Part shown: positions 63,211 to 64,000 of the stretch, in pieces | Layout: each line of letters begins with the position of its first letter | How positions within the stretch are numbered: position 1 is the stretch's first letter | Assembly (NCBI GenBank): GCA_964458415.1 | Contig: CAYWIT010000015.1 | Coordinates: 3,192-67,191 of the forward strand | Reading direction: 5' to 3' | DNA: 64,000 bases | From: an uncultured Rhodospirillaceae bacterium | GTDB taxonomy: Bacteria > Pseudomonadota > Alphaproteobacteria > Micavibrionales > UBA2020 | Translations under genes and position numbers: made by a program | Notes under the pieces: generated by a model | Databases searched by the model: none | What the model was told of the DNA's origin: nothing | The model's input: only the letters and a program-made list of their open reading frames with translations

Positions 63211-64000
63211 ATGTCGTTTTCGTCATTGTCGCTGGCTTTCAAAAAACAGTATGTCCGCGTTTTTGACGGAAAGGGTGACTGGAAAAAGGTCACGGCGGCG
63301 ACGGCGCTGATTCTGGGGACGCCGCTCATTCTGCCGATGACGGGAGAAGAGGCGCTTTCGCCGGAGCGGGCCGCGGGGACCGGCGCACAGCATTATCAGG
63401 CCCTGCAACAGGAAATATCCCAGCTGGCGCAAAACCATAAGAAAACCCATGCCGAATTTCTCGAGGCCTATAATCTGTCCCAGCAATTATTGATCGCGCC
63501 GGAAAACAAAAAACTGGCCACGCAGACCGAACAGGCGGATTTGCTTTACCGGCAGCATGAAGAAGTCTTGCGGGATCACGTAACGCAGTATCGTAACCGG
63601 ATATTGCTGGTCGAGGGGATTTCCGAAGCGGATGCTGTCGAGCTGGTGCGCAAGGCGGAGCTTGCTACTGACTATACTTTTTTTCCGGCGTGGGGCGACG
63701 GAACATGGCATAAAAATTTCCGCCATCTGGACGAATGTCAGGCCGCCATTGTCGATAACAGGGCGGCCAAAGAAATCGCGCAGCAAGCGGAAAATGTAAT
63801 GACGTGCATGGCGGAAAAAAGAAGTGAAGAGGGTGACAGGAAAATGGCGGTGGGGCTTGCGGGAATGGCCGGTGCCGGTCTTTCAGTGGGCTTGCTGACG
63901 ATATTCGGTACAATAGCGCGAAACGGGATCCCACGGCATGAGCGCCGGTTGCGCGCTGAACTGGCCGCACGGGAAGAGCGGAAAAAGAAAAAAGCGGACA
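63211..64000 (+). CDS. Hypothetical membrane protein, runs off window end (not in ORF track)
   Basis: SD AAGGAA; manual translation MSFSSLSLAFKKQYVRVFDGKGDWKKVTAATALILGTPLILP... open to 64000, with two hydrophobic segments. Confidence 0.7.
   Translation, partial: MSFSSLSLAFKKQYVRVFDGKGDWKKVTAATALILGTPLILPMTGEEALSPERAAGTGAQHYQALQQEISQLAQNHKKTHAEFLEAYNLSQQLLIAPENKKLATQTEQADLLYRQHEEVLRDHVTQYRNRILLVEGISEADAVELVRKAELATDYTFFPAWGDGTWHKNFRHLDECQAAIVDNRAAKEIAQQAENVMTCMAEKRSEEGDRKMAVGLAGMAGAGLSVGLLTIFGTIARNGIPRHERRLRAELAAREERKKKKAD

Noticed and set aside
63661-63690. Possible frameshift at the T7 run in the terminal ORF
   Set aside because: Manual translation stays in frame (ATDYTFFPAWG) through to the window end

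Overview
GC-rich alphaproteobacterial chromosome segment; the ankyrin-rich accessory content and unusual pilin-like genes suggest a Micavibrio-like lineage (inference). The left third is mostly housekeeping: leuS (partial), DUF3576, porin, class A PBP, thiolase, hemY-like, a HemD-HTH-TM-Mic60/mitofilin fusion, ispH, gmhA, xseB-ispA-(NUDIX, ankyrin)-dxs, pmbA, a receiver/degenerate-GGDEF protein, tRNA-Leu(CAG) and rnd. The middle (about 22.6-43.5 kb, minus strand) is a compact, apparently intact virion-assembly operon with no integrase, repressor or replication genes. It has RcGTA-like portal, protease, capsid, head-tail and tail-tube genes, but also an apparently chimeric terminase, four fibre/spike-like genes between portal and protease, a 162-aa tape measure, a lambda M-L-K-I/J-type tail tip instead of the RcGTA g12-g15 baseplate, two host-like inserted genes, internal terminators, and a linked endolysin-holin-spanin cassette. 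This is the best candidate for an undescribed system: a mosaic, domesticated gene-transfer-agent-like element. It is flanked on both sides by ankyrin genes. On the right is an array of eight co-oriented ankyrin genes (12 in the window) with recurrent N-terminal LxxxF(N) motifs and basic C-terminal tails, plus two paralogous PilX-like pilins, an orphan Flp pilin, a serine protease-FHA pair and a HAD hydrolase. All family assignments come from motif recognition by eye; no database searches were run.
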